This document shows positions 23,522 to 36,739 of a stretch of 64,000 nt of DNA, piece by piece. This DNA comes from Trichosphaerium sp. ATCC 40318 (taxonomy: Eukaryota; Protista; Tubulinea): positions 372,001-436,000 of the forward strand of contig JALMLS010000354.1 of NCBI GenBank assembly GCA_038496445.1. Reading direction: 5' to 3'. Each line of letters opens with the position of its first letter. The first letter of the stretch is position 1. The notes under the pieces were generated by a model. That model was not told where the DNA came from. It worked only from the letters and a program-made list of their open reading frames with translations, and did no database searches. The position numbers were made by a program, and so were the translations under genes.

Positions 23522-26204
23522 ATGCGTTCTATTCGCGCTGTGACAAGTCGAAATGCGTTTAAGCGTACACATAGGCGTATTTTGAATGATATTGGAAAAA
23601 AATTACGTCTAAACCACTTGGACGATTGGTACCGCGTCACTGCTACCGATGCGATTAACCGTGGGGCTTCTTTCGTAAAGTAAGTTACAGTTTATGTAAA
23701 CATACTTTAAACTGCGCTGAGTGGCCTATAACCCTTATGCACATTATAGCACAGTGTTTAACGGATCAATTTATAAATGTTTGTCACGAACGTACCCACA
23801 ACACGCCTGGGAAGCTCAAAAATTCATGTGCGAATTGTTTTCAAGTGTTTTGAACCGCCACTTAATTCTTGTACAGCCAAGTCCCTCAAATGTATTGGCA
23901 AACAGCCAGCAACATCCGTAAAGCTGTTGATGATGTTGGTAAGGCTTTAAACGTTAAAGTACTTGATGACTGGTATAAAACAAACTATTTTAAAGTTGTT
24001 AGTGAAGGAGGCAAATCGTTAATGTATGTGTATCTTACTTGTAAGGTAGCTTGTACAAGGACTAACAGAGGCACTCTAGGAATATATATAATGGTTCTAT
24101 ATCTGCTTGTTTATTTGATGTTTACTCTTATCACGTGTGGCACGAGTGGAAGTTCGGGTATGCGTTTGTTTTCTGATTTAATTCTTGTTTTTCTTTTCTT
24201 CTTTTGTTAGTATTCTTCCTGCCTTGAGGTCCTAAGAGAAGCATTATTTGTATTACAAATCCTTGATTTATTCTCAATACTTAAGAACAATTCAACTATA
24301 GTAATGGTTTGACATCGACAAGAGAATGTGTTGTTCTCGAATTTTTTTTTTCTTCAAGTTACAGTCATTGACAGTTTGTTTCTTATAGTCACACACCACT
24401 TAATTTTTGGGATAATGAAGACAACCACAAAAGAGCTTTAGATGACCTCGGACGTATACTTAACTATAAGCAATTATCTGATTGGTACAATGTTCACATT
24501 GATGATTTCAGTAAAAATTATCTCGGTCAGTTACTTGCGTACGCTAAAAATAAGTCTTCTAACTCTGTATCATTAACGCCTTTATAGGAACGAATATAAT
24601 AGTTCTATATCTTCTTGTCTAAAGTCAGTATACCCTCACTTTGATTGGCAATTCAAGTACGTCAAGTCAGTTCCTTGGGTTGTCAATGAAGTCCAAAATT
24701 TAATTATATGTGATGATGGATCTTTACAGCGTTTTGTTTAGTAAAGGAGATGATGAATACAAGATAACACTTTTGCATTCGTATGAGAAATCACTGCAAT
24801 TAAAGACTCTAGATGATTGGAGTACCATAACTACAAAGAATCGGGAATTAATCGGTTCCAGTCTTGCACTAGGGTACTTTGCTTTTTTTTTGTAGCGGAA
24901 CTTTTACCCCACACAGTATTTTACCACACCCACCTTGAAAATATTTTGGTTGGTGCGCACTCCTCATAATATATTCTGTGTGTAAATTAATGGGACGCCA
25001 CTATGCCTTCCTCCTGGCACACATGATGCATAGTAGTACTAATCAACAATGTCTTTGAGGGTTTTTTTTGGCAATCACTTGCAATGTCAATTGTTGATTT
25101 TATTTATCTTTATCGTAGGTATGGCACTTTGAACAAAGCTCTACATAAAATATACCCCTTGTACAATTGGCCAAAAGTGGGTATAATTACGACTGGTTAT
25201 TGGGAAAGTAAGACAACACAAAAGGCTTTTCTTCAAAAAATTAAAGAGAAATTGGGAATCACACGTGCTGAACTCTGGTAAGATCCACTGATATTGTTAA
25301 CTAAGGTTGATATATATTAACTTTTTCATCGGTTAGGTATCGTGTATCTGCAACTATTCTTAGAGACAATGGAGGTACTGGATTCCATAGCTATTGGCCA
25401 CATATCTTGGAAAATTTTGAACCCAATTTTTCTTGGGACTGGTCAAAGTTTTCGTTCGTTGGTAAAGCGTCAAAGCAAAGGTACTTTTTTCATGTTTCTT
25501 ATAAAGGCCTTGGTTCTCATAGATAATTGTAATAGATTACTGGTCCAAATAGTAAAGGAGATTTTCCCAAATTGTGAAGTTTTCGAACAACACGTTGTTG
25601 GTATTCTATCTCTTTACAATGTTGATTTATCAGTTGATGTTTATGTTCCTTCATATAACATAGCAATAGAGTATCAAGGTAATACATCATTCAATCAATC
25701 ATTGTCTCTGAAAGAAACTTAAAATGAGCTTATTTTAAAGCGTATCTTTTTTGTAAGTTTTTTTTGTTAACTGTTTATTAATAGGAGAGCAACATTATTC
25801 TGATTATGTATATAGTGGCCTATTTACAGATAGTCAAAAAGCAATAGACACAGAAAAGAGGCAAAAATGTATTGAGAACAGTGCGTGTCATGAGAGAACA
25901 TCTTTCTCACTTTTTACTCTTTTTTCACATTTTAATGGCTAAAACTCTTCAGATATTTGTTTAGTGCCTATACCCTACTGGTGGAAAGGAGACATAGAAT
26001 CAGTAATTTCCACTATAAATTTCTTTAAGGGAGACCACATTATTAATCGAGATTCAAATGGTGCTTTACCTTTGCTCGAGAAAGACCAGAAAAAAAGTAT
26101 GTATCTTTTTTATTTTTTGTTGCTTGCAATGCTAATAACTATACACAGTGGATAAAACTCTAATGGGCCCTTCACACCACACGTTCCTGCAACTTGTAAA
26201 TTAG
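23522..26204 (+). CDS. Tandem Trp-rich repeat protein (5 x ~75 aa, LDDWY...YP..W) with C-terminal PD-(D/E)xK-like (RAP/Vsr-type) domain
   Basis: Manual splicing gives one continuous ORF; C-terminal SVDVYVPSYNIAIEYQGEQHY...DTEKRQKCIENNICLVPIPYWW; Arg-rich presequence-like N-terminus. Confidence 0.75.
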
Positions 26205-26659
26205 TTTGTATTATATAATGGTGCTAAGCAACTCCTTGTACTGTACCAATTTTCTTGTTATTTTCTTTACGTCATCAGTCATGCTCATGATGCGCTTTTC
26301 ACTATTCAAACCACCTTTGGGCAGTTACAAATACTGTAGTTGAAGTAATATAATTTGACTGTTCAGATAAAACCCTCTACAACACCGCATTACCTTAGCT
26401 TTTGTAAATACATATCACATAGAATCTGTAGAGAAACTCAAGTACTAGCCAAGACAGAAGACTATTAATATCTAAAGTGTTGTTCCTTCTTTAAGCTGTG
26501 GACTGACTATATCACGTGCTAACTTGAAACAGTTCACGTTTTTATTTTATTTACACCACATGTTAGTGCTCATTAGTACAAACGCACATTAAATCTGCCA
26601 TCATCAGATCTATGATGGGTGACAAGGTGTTGCCTTGGCGAGGTGGATAGTAACTTTTA

Positions 26660-27323
26660 TCAAGACGGACAGTACCGCACTACGTCACCCTGCTGCAAAG
26701 GATTTTGAGGTTCTTTACCGTTTACAGTCATGACTGTTGCTGTTTGTCTTAGTGGTGAACTTTTAATAGCTGGATCGTTTACAGCTACAAAAGAGGTGAA
26801 CGCAGAAGGCTCCATCTAAAAGAAAGTCAGAAAAACGGTTTTAAACGAAATTAAGCGTAACGTACCCCATTTGGTATTTCTACTGTAGAAACTACTGCAG
26901 GTCTACAATCAAGGGCGTTTGACTCGTATAACATACAACTTACGGTTATCTGGATGAACGTTAACGTTTAACGCATGTTTATGTCTATTAACGTACGTTT
27001 CCGTTGTATTGAGGCTCATTAAATACTGAATGCTTAGTTTTGCCAGAAGTCCTATTTAGCATACGTGAGGAGCTTCTACTCCTTGTACCTTGTTTCCCTG
27101 ATGTGTAGTGGCGCATGCGCATGTTGATTGTGTGTGACAGTAATACTCTTTGAGTTTTTCCTGAATCCTCAAGTTCTTGTTCCGTGAATTAGGCCTTGTT
27201 CTACACAAAAATTCCAAGTGATCAAAAGAAAACATAGTAGATTTATGGAGTAATCATGAGAGGTGTTTGGCATAGAAATACACGGTGTGGACTTCGAGAA
27301 TTACGCAAGCAAGAAATTGCCAT
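26660..27323 (-). CDS. Small protein with MoaD/ThiS-like beta-grasp C-terminal domain (start uncertain)
   Basis: Spliced exons ITVSCMLYES...VSTVEIPNG...TVMTVNGKEPQNPLQQGDVVRYCPS*. Confidence 0.45.
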
Positions 27324-27793
27324 CCTGAATATTTCTGACACGCTAATGCTCGTGTTACAGTTAAATCGTATTGCCCTCTGTAAGGTCAATAGATCTATAG
27401 CAAGGAAAAAAGAATGACTCAGTTTTGCAACGACGAAAAACACTTGCTGGTTTTAATGTGAGCCATGTACCACTGCATAAAAAAGAACTTGTATTCGAAA
27501 TCACAGCTGTAAGGTTTACGAACACGTGATTGTTATAATTTGTACATGTACGTGAATAAGTTATACAGCCATTTCACAATTGTATCAGCTATCGTACCTA
27601 AAACAGGTTACCTCCATTAAAAACGCAGACAATATATATCCAAAACATGTGCGCCGCATGTTGATTCTTCGTCATTTCGGGCTTTTGTGGAAAAAAAAGC
27701 ACCCGAACTTTGATTGAGTACAATCATCACTTTTCATTAAGACAAAACAACAACACATCTCCCTATTCCTCACACCCTTTAAACCATAACAAC

Positions 27794-28295
27794 ATGAATA
27801 TTTGCAACGGTAACGACCCAAACTTGAAGTACCCTTGGAATGAACAGAATTTCTTGTATGATACACCTACCCCTGAACATGCCCTAGTACTAGTAAGTCT
27901 TCTCCTCTATTCAAGATAGAGAACTAGTTTTTACAGAATTCCGATTTACTTATTTCATTCAAGGACAACTCTCAATACTATAACGACCCATACTACTACA
28001 CAAATACGTGGTCTAATCACGTGCCATTCGTAGCTGATGAAATTCCTCAAAACGTATGTAGCTAGAATGTTTTGTTCGCATACTAACTCTTCTTAGATTG
28101 AACAAAGCTTCTTTGCACCTCAACCACCATTACAAGTACCACAAGAACCATCAGTACTACCCCATCGGGTTTTTGAACATTCTACAAGCGAAGCTACAAT
28201 TCCGGGAGAAGAAAAACGTGTGCGGAAAGAGAGTACGCGGTACGCTGGGTACACTGTTTAGACTCTCAAGTAAAACTGAAAACATCTGTAATTAA
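27794..28295 (+). CDS. Hypothetical low-complexity protein
   Basis: Short exons separated by GT-AG introns; no family recognised; 3' end uncertain. Confidence 0.35.
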
Positions 28296-28493
28296 ATATT
28301 TTGTGTACAAAAAATCCATGATTGATAACTTATTAAAGAAATACATTACACCAACGTATAAAGTTTCTTAAGCTCCCCTGTATCTCAATACTATTACTTA
28401 TCACTAGTATCAGTCACGTGACTTGAGCAGAGCTTGTTAAAACTACAACCAAATCAGTCAAAACCAATATTTTGTAACAACATACTCTTATTT

Positions 28494-31400
28494 CTATTTC
28501 TTTTCTTGTGTAGCTTTAATAGCTTCTATCCACTCTTCTCGACTCTCAGGTGTATCCGCTGATAGATAAAAAGTTCGCCTAAAGTTGAAAAAAGAGAACC
28601 ATTAGCAACAACGAGGATATTTCTAGAAAAGGAAAAGTTATCAATCATAGATTTGTACCTGTTTGAGTCTGTGTGGTTTATTTGAAATCCGTTCTGAAAT
28701 CCACCTTCTGGCCATACGCTCACAGTTGTACCAAATAAAGGTATATTACCAAGAGGTTCAGAATCATGCTCTGATCTGTAGTAGAATATATTGAGGCCAA
28801 CGAGAATCATAAAACGACGTGTTGAAGACCTCATACTGAAGTTCATCCTAAGTTTATAAATCAGTTTTAAATAGACTATGCACGTGATATTGTGATATCA
28901 ATATTTACCCTTTTTTTCGTAGAAATCCACTCATCAACTGGCCGTTGTCTCCAGATAATAAAAAGTTAACAGAAGGCAGCATAATGTCTTTGGCATTTCC
29001 TAAAAAAGATAGTCATATAAGTTGAACCCTTGATTGCTGAAACATACTTGCTAAGGACGTTAAAATTGGTTGCCTGTCGAACCTCTTGGCACATGAAAAT
29101 AAAGCTCCTCTTTTTACCAATAATATCAACACTTCATCCATATTATATACTAGAGCACTCCCCTGAAAACAAAGTTAAAGACGGACAAAAGAAAAGCAAA
29201 CAAGAAAAACAATAAATCATTTCGTACAATAATGCTTCTGTTTGACTTTGTTGGTACTGTTATACATTCAGGCCATTCGTCTAAAATGTATTCTATATGT
29301 GCTATCGGCTGTGGTTGTAGAGCATTAACACCATTTACAGCCAAAGACAGTAGCTCCGCAGCAAAATCTCTGTCTTGCTTTTGTATATGTTGTAGCAAAA
29401 AATCCATAAATCTCTTGACCTTTTTTGTGAACATTAGTAGGCGTTATTGTACTTGTATTATAAAACCTTTGGTGTATGGCATTCTTGAAAGTTAGATACT
29501 GCTGTATGGAGTAACTTTATATGCGAGACTTCCTTTGGATCGACATTGTTGATAAGCAAGTTAAGCACGTTTTTATCCCATAATTTCGCAACATCTTCAA
29601 GAAGCTCCTGGTCAATTAATGGTTTCGGTAGTTGGTATTTTATAGTCTCTGTAGGATCTACGCTCTGCGGTATAACAAATTGCTGCTCGTCTGCCGCTGA
29701 TATGACCACTTTAAGCGTCTGAACATCAGACTGCCTTAACAGTATTCAATACTTGTTTTTAATTGTATCTGAACGTACTTTGCCAGAGCCATTAGTAATT
29801 CACGAGACGGTCTACCACCTTTACTTAAAAGTAAAGATACCATAGGTGTAGCACACTTATCAAAAAAGTTAGAAAGAGCCAAACATCCTGAGCAAAAAAC
29901 CAAAAAAACAAAAAACCGAGAAAAATGATTTTCTCACCTCGTTGATTATTGTAGCCTTGATCATCAACTTGTCATCAATAGGTAACATTTCTTGCTGTAA
30001 AACAGCTTTAGCACATTCAACACTTCCGTTTTCAACGGAAATATCCAATGCTCTTATAAGGTCAGGCTTGCTAACACCAACATTTAACAGCATCTCAACG
30101 TTCTTAAAAATTTTGCGATTAGAAACGCATACTTATAATAACTTCTCACCTCTCTATCTCCTGATACACAAGCATAATGTAGAGGAGTCCAATCCTTATG
30201 TGCTTTTATCGTCTGAGGTCTTCTATCCGCTAAGATTTCTAAAACAAGTCAAAACGGACAAAAGTTCTCATCAAGAATGAACGCACTCAAGAATGCTTTT
30301 GGCACGTTGGCTATAATACAAACGTTAGATGTGGTAAGATGAGGTTCAACTTACTTGATCCAGACTCACTACGAGGTGTGTACGCTGATTTACTTCCTGT
30401 ATCTCTCCTTTCAAGTGGTGGTAGAGGCCTTTGATAGCTACGAGGTAGAAACTCACTTTTGTATCCTTGACTTAACTTCGGACCAACACGTCTGACGTCA
30501 TGTGATAAACCTTCTTCTTCTTCTTTTTCTTCTCTTTGATTTGGTAGTGCACGTGACCTTTGAAGTTTCTTTATCATTATTTCTTGACTCTCTATACGTT
30601 GTTTTAAACTTGATATTTCTCTTTGTTGTTCATCTGTCCGGTGTAAAAGTCTCGAAATCATTTCTTCCATTGATGACAACCTATCTTCAACAAGCGAGCT
30701 TTTAGAATTGCTACTATCAATACTACTCGAGTTTACAATTCCAGATCTTCTCTTAGCTAACACTACAGTACTCCTACTTGATCCTTCACTACCGCTTTCA
30801 ATTTTATTCCTGAGAGACCCACTAGACCATCCTCTTATCATCGTTTTTTTAGGATACTTATGATCTGCTTCTGAAAATCGAGCATCTGCGGATTTATCGT
30901 TTACTTTACGCTTAGGTTTAGACTCTTTTGCCCTCCATGGACCTGCAACAGAAACAGGTGATGGTTTGGGGCTTTCAAGTTTGCTAGCGACTGTATCAAC
31001 CTAAAACTGTTAAAAAAAAAGATCGAAATGAGATCTTCTTGCCTTCTGATTCTTGTCTGGCGCTGACCATACCATCCCAAGGCGACTTGCAATGTCGTAG
31101 ATAACGGATCCTGTTGTAGCTGTAGTAGTACTCCCACTCTGGGAAAGAGTCTCAGCCTTCTCTGATTTGCTAGCTGCTGTTTTCTGTGAAGACCATTCTG
31201 ATCTACTATCGAAACTGCTGTCTTCCCGTGCATAATAAAACCCTGCCCACTCATCTTCTTCATCACTTGGATATTCAGGAGGTAGTGGAGGTGCCTCTGA
31301 TTCGCTTTCATCCGAGTCATAAGTAGTATCGTCCAAAATTAAAGACTTTTGACGAATAGGCGTAAATTTACCACTGTTCTAGTTATAAATAAGATGAGCA

Positions 31401-31636
31401 CGTGATTTTCTGGTACTGTTTTTGAAAAATAAAGTGTTAATTGGACTGACCATGCGTTCTACAGGATTAGGTGGTGGTTTATACGATGGTAAAGGCGCTG
31501 GAGGTGGAGCTTCTGCATTTGAAGGAGGTGGAGCTGGTGGAGCTTTTTTAGGTCTAAAACGCCTATTCTTTTTATTGCGTTAAGCTTTAGATATTTGTAG
31601 GTACCTATTTACCACATCATTTGGGTTGTTTTGCAT
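28494..31636 (-). CDS. Proline-rich, coiled-coil, ankyrin-repeat and C-terminal PH-domain signalling protein
   Basis: PPAPPP N-terminus; coiled coil; ankyrin-like ALDISVENGSVECAKAVL and LLHTAVS; PH motifs MSGFLRKK...RRFMILVGLNIFYYRSEHDSEPLGNIPL...WIEAIK. Confidence 0.8.
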
Positions 31637-32135
31637 TTTAATGTCGTTTGGGTGTCAACCAAGTCAACACGTGTCAATTCTTGAGGTATCGCTCTGTAGA
31701 GCATGCGTACGCGTACAGGATCATTATTGGATAGGAACTGGAATTTTACATAAACTTTACCCAATAAAGCCGAGGTACATTTCAGGAAACATAAACTCGC
31801 TTACGCCTTTTGGAGGCAGTTCGTTATTCTAAAATAGAAGTTTTGGTGTCTTCATTTGTTAATAAAAAGCCGCAAAGCTTAAAGCACGTGCTACTGCCAC
31901 TGAAGAACCTGAGGCTGTGGGACAAATTAGAGAAATGCAAGGATCATTTCAGTGACTATCATAGCCTTTAAACTCACTCAAAGAAGAGAACAAAATGTTG
32001 AGCTTGTTCTTTAATTGTTAGTGACAACACGTGAGCTGTAAGTCTGGTGATACAACTCAGTCAACTTCCTTTTGTGAAATGTATTTATTCTACAATAGTA
32101 GCCAAGGCTTTCTTAGGCGTATTAAACATAAACCA

Positions 32136-32837
32136 TCTACCTGGAGAGGCCGCACTTCCTGCAAGAGCGTCTACTAGCAAAGTTATGATCGCCACAACCG
32201 CTGCACATCCAATCACCTGATGACATGCTTAGAAAAGAACTCTAAAACAATAGTGAATACATACCTCTCTTGAAGGAACCCTGGCTCTTCGTCTTTTTAC
32301 CCTATACCACAAGTAAACCCAAACACCCATTCAACATTAAAAAGAAAAAAATCCACTGTCATCAACAGGCACAAATGAAAAAAGATAAAAAAAAATGCAA
32401 CACTCACTGTTTTGGATAGATTACATTTTCTGCATACAGAACGTGATCTAAAGTTTAGCTCTCCGCATCCACTGCAATACCAATCTCCAATTACGATCGT
32501 AGAGTTGGAAGGCATGGAAGACTGACCTTTTGGTAGCCTGCATTTAAAGCAGTCTGTTCGACTCTTAAAATTAAGCGTTTTGCAAGATTCTACTGCACAA
32601 ATCCAATCACCAGGCTCTGCAGTCTGCTTTGCTGCTGGTTTCTTTGTATAAGAACCTACCTTTGGTATAATGTGAGCCCGTTTATTGCTTTGATGACCAA
32701 AAAACAGTAGAGATAAAGGGTACCTGTACAGTGCGAGGTTTTTTGCATTTGAAACAAATTGTTCTCTTAGCGAAGTTATCTTTGCCACATGAATAGCACC
32801 TCCAATCACCTGGTTTTAATGAGATTGCACGAGACAT
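32136..32837 (-). CDS. RanBP2-type zinc-finger protein (4 fingers), likely RNA-binding
   Basis: Four GDWxCxxC...NFxxRxxCxKC fingers after splicing (GDWRCYSC, GDWICAVESC, GDWYCSGC, GDWMCSGC). Confidence 0.9.
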
Positions 32838-33401
32838 ATTATTACTTGATTTACTAAGTGTTGCTTGGCGTGATGCCTCTTCACAATTTTATCCAACTTT
32901 TATTTTCAGTGAAACTGTTTCTCATTGTTTAATGGCTGTGAAGTTTTCCTCTGAAATTATCCACTGTGGGACGTAGTGACGATAAAAGAATAATGTCTTT
33001 CATTGCGTATAGTCATACCAGCAAGTTTTACTTACTTTCAAGTTGCTAAAAAACTACGAACTTGTTCGTAAGCTTATAGATTAGTAGCGAACTAACACGT
33101 GGAACAAAGTAAAATCGCAAGGGTCTTGAGGATCGCGGATTCAATTGTCAACAGGCGACCAACTGGACCTAGTTCTAGCGCGTTGTAAGCTGCTACGAAT
33201 TTATTTCGTATCTAAGTACTTACAAGCTCTGGGGCTGTTTGGTACAAACAACTCTTTGAGATGACAGTACACGTTTGAACTTTGCCTGAAAGAACACCAT
33301 TTATTTCTACAATCAAACTACTGTTTGAACACCCAAAAGAGTATTCTATTGCAAAACTTAAACAACCTACCATCAAAGAAGGAAGATGAAATCTGTAGCT
33401 C

Positions 33402-33884
33402 TTGACGCTTGAATTACTGGAACTTGTGGCACAGCGTGCTGATCACAAAGATTCGAAGAGTTTTCTGGAACTAAAAAGGAAAAACCAAATACCAGTTTGC
33501 AACGGTAATAGCACTATACTTACTGGCAACACCTATCAAAAGACTCATTTAGTGAAGCAGCTTCCCCAAACCGAGATTTCACAAATAGAATACCACCGTC
33601 ACACATTTTTCAAACAACACAAGCAAAACTCTCTGGTGGAAGTAAAATCACAGCTGCCATTTTTATCAGCAAAATAAGGTCAGTACACCGGAACAAGCCT
33701 GCAAGAATAACTTAAACAGTGTCCTAAGATTTTCAAACGGAATGCTTGTACCTACTACTAGTACCAAAACAACCACAATTTCACCAAGTCTCGTTCTAGT
33801 AACGATGCGCAGCGGGTCACTAAACGTCCTCCAGAACTAAACCATGAACCCAAGCCCCACAATCACCACATCACTGATAAATAG
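33402..33884 (+). CDS. Possible hypothetical protein
   Basis: Open frames at 33402-33677 and ~33762-33884; splicing and start unresolved. Confidence 0.25.
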
Positions 33885-34329
33885 CACTCACACACATTCT
33901 GTTTGTACATTAAAACAACAAATCAATGTAAAGTACTCCCATATTTGACCTTTTTTTTTGAACGTCGAAGATATTATTCTCTTGTGTTTCCATAACGAAA
34001 TAGTTTTAATTAATATTAGCTTTAATAGACTTCTGCCTTCTTAGGGCAACCTTGAGAGCTCTCGAGCACGTCGTGGAGCATCCACGTACCAAGCCCTGCT
34101 AACAAAGTTCTTCGGAATTCAGCGCTAGTATTTAGCCAACAGCTTTACCTTTGCTTATGAGATGCGTATAAGAACTACGTTCCCGTGTATACTATATACA
34201 TGGAGTACGATGTTTGTGTTTGGTTCGTTTGAAATGGGCAATCGAATGTGTATACAATGACATTTACTTTTCGTGTGACAAGTTGACAGGTAGTGCATTC
34301 TATGACTTAGTCAATGATTGAGATTTAGC

Positions 34330-34860
34330 TCATTGCAAGTTTCTGTAGTGCGCTTTATAAATAAAAGAGCCTCCACACGCGATGAGACAAGCCTGCAGGC
34401 GGTACAAACTACTAAAACTGTATTTTTTAGTCTTCAATTTAATCTCATGCGCTATCACCCTGTACGTGCGTAAAGCATATAATACCAATGCGAGAGAAAC
34501 GTCATACAGCGGTCCGTAAGTCACAATCAGCAATACAGCGACGCCAGTCTCCATAACACTGTTCTACGCTCCACCGATCATACAGAAAAGTGACCACGTG
34601 ATTTTTAGTCTTGTTGATTTAGCTTTAAGAGTGTAGTGTCTCGTCATACCAAGAGTATCCCTCTAGATGCTATAGGAGTATATGACGTGTTTGTAGTCTC
34701 CTACAGAATTGCAGTAATGTGGTCCGCTACAAATACTGGCAAGCGCGAAACAACACCTGTACCAATATAGTCTGAAAATTACTATTGTTGTAACCGCTTC
34801 TAAAACTTGGATACTGCACTTTAGTAGCTGAAGAAAAAAGAACAAAACGACCGAAAGCAA
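34330..34860 (-). CDS. Possible small membrane protein
   Basis: Hydrophobic exon fragments (METGVAVLLIVTYGPLYDVSLALVLYAL) with GT-AG introns; ends uncertain. Confidence 0.35.
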
Positions 34861-35296
34861 ACGCTCGTACTTTTAAATATTACGCATGAAATCGCTAGTT
34901 AGTGTGATCACATTTTAACATAAACTAAGCAGCGGTTTAAACGTTTAAACACGTTAATTTACGCTACCAAACCTCTATGAAGTAATAGTCCTTTACCCGA
35001 TAATCACGTGGTAGGCGGACTAATTACATTCTCATAGGTGTAATACAACTAAGGCACGTTTCATAAAATGTACAAAAGAAACTGGTTTTGTTCTGAAGAC
35101 TTGTTCAACTTTACAAAGCAATTTTAAACAGTTTGTGCAGTTTTTTTTTTGAAAACTAGTTTTACTTCACATAACGTTTATCAAAACCGTTACAGCCCGA
35201 AGTATCATCGTACTTTACACTTAAACAAACAACAATCAAACATTCTTTACCGCAAAAAACAGTCACGTGATGCAAAAAAAAAGCCAAAACGTTTTT

Positions 35297-36068
35297 TTAT
35301 TCAGTTGTTTGTGGGGCTTGTATTTTTGTTGGTGCGCTTAATTCTCGCTCTGTAAGTTCTTGTTGACCATCCGTTTGTGTTTCATTCCATGCTTGACCTA
35401 TTTTATCCCTATTAATAAGCTTATACGTTGAGGCATCCCCATGCTCTTTGTAGGATGATAGCTGTATTAAATTGTGATCTGGATCACGTAAATAAAGCGT
35501 CCTTGTTCTTCCCTTTGCGCCTAGACCATGAATAGGCCCTTCAAAAGAAACACCACGATGCATTAATAAATCGGCAACAACCTCGACAGGTGTCACTGTA
35601 CTGAAACACAAGTCCGCTGAACCTACAGATAGACTACATAGAGCAGTTATAAACAATTGTAGAGTAGCGATTTAGAGAAAAACTGCAATAAAATCGTACT
35701 TTCTCGGCGCATTGGTGTGTGGTTTGCTCTTTTCTACTAGATTTATCTTCTCTGTCCCATACCTAAGCGCTGTGCGTGTTCCGCCGCTATACGTCTCTGC
35801 TGTCATACCCAAAACGTCACAGTAAAACTTTGCAGCTCGTTTGGCATTGCTCACAGTTAGTGATAAGTGGTCTAGCTTCTCAATAACTACGTTTGAGTTT
35901 TTTCTGTCCACAATTACGTGCTCATGACGTCTCTACGCCATAGTAAGTTAAACCAAACGTTATTATAGCGTTAGAGCGTACATTTTGTCTTGTATTGATT
36001 CTTAGCGTACTGTGCGTTATAATTTTCGGATTTACGCTATTACTACAACGTACAACACGAAGTAACAT
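35297..36068 (-). CDS. Glyoxalase/VOC-domain protein (GLOD5-like)
   Basis: LDHLSLTVSNAKRAAKFYCDVLGM, GSADLCF, EGPI...GAKG...LYLRDPDHNLIQLSSY; presequence-like MLLRVVRCS. Confidence 0.88.
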
Positions 36069-36739
36069 AGAATCGGACTATTTCGTCTCTTTCTACAAAT
36101 ACAGGTGACAATCTCACACAACCACCGCGTTTTGCGACGGTGAACAATCCAACGAGAGATGTTTAACCTTTTTTTACAAAAAGTCATAACCAATCCGAAG
36201 GTTTAAACAAAAAAAAAACTTCAATAAAGATTACTTGGTCGGGTAGGCCAAAAAATTATCACACACAAATTTTGCGCCAACATTGCGCCAACTCCTAATT
36301 TGTTTTGTTGGTAAAACAGAAAACAGCATCGACAATCACGTGATAAAAGAGCAAATGTATCTATTTTTTATGATCTTTCAAAAAAGGGCGGAGAAACTCG
36401 ATGTTTGTGTCTTTCGTCGGGTCACCTCTAGCTGTATCAGAACAACACATTTGTATATAAACAAATTAACAATCAATCATACACAGACACTTATTATTAC
36501 GAAATAGAGACAAATATATTTTGAGTGTTGGTTGTTGTAAAATTACATTAAGATTTTTATAGTACACATTTAAATTTACAAAAAAGAGTAATAGTCCGCT
36601 CGATCTGCCTTGTTTGTTTTTTGTTGATATTCTCCGTTGATTGGTTTTTGTTAGTGGCGTACTTGCGTTATTATGTCTCTCTCAGTTTTATACGTTTTGT
36701 AAGAAAGGAAACAAAAGCTACAAAAAAAGCTCCACCCAT

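Noticed and set aside
33800-33897. Minus-strand MCVSAIYQ-TGA-CGDCG as a possible selenoprotein or stop-codon readthrough
   Set aside because: Frame closes ~17 codons later, no SECIS was recognised, and the plus strand has a cleaner open frame.
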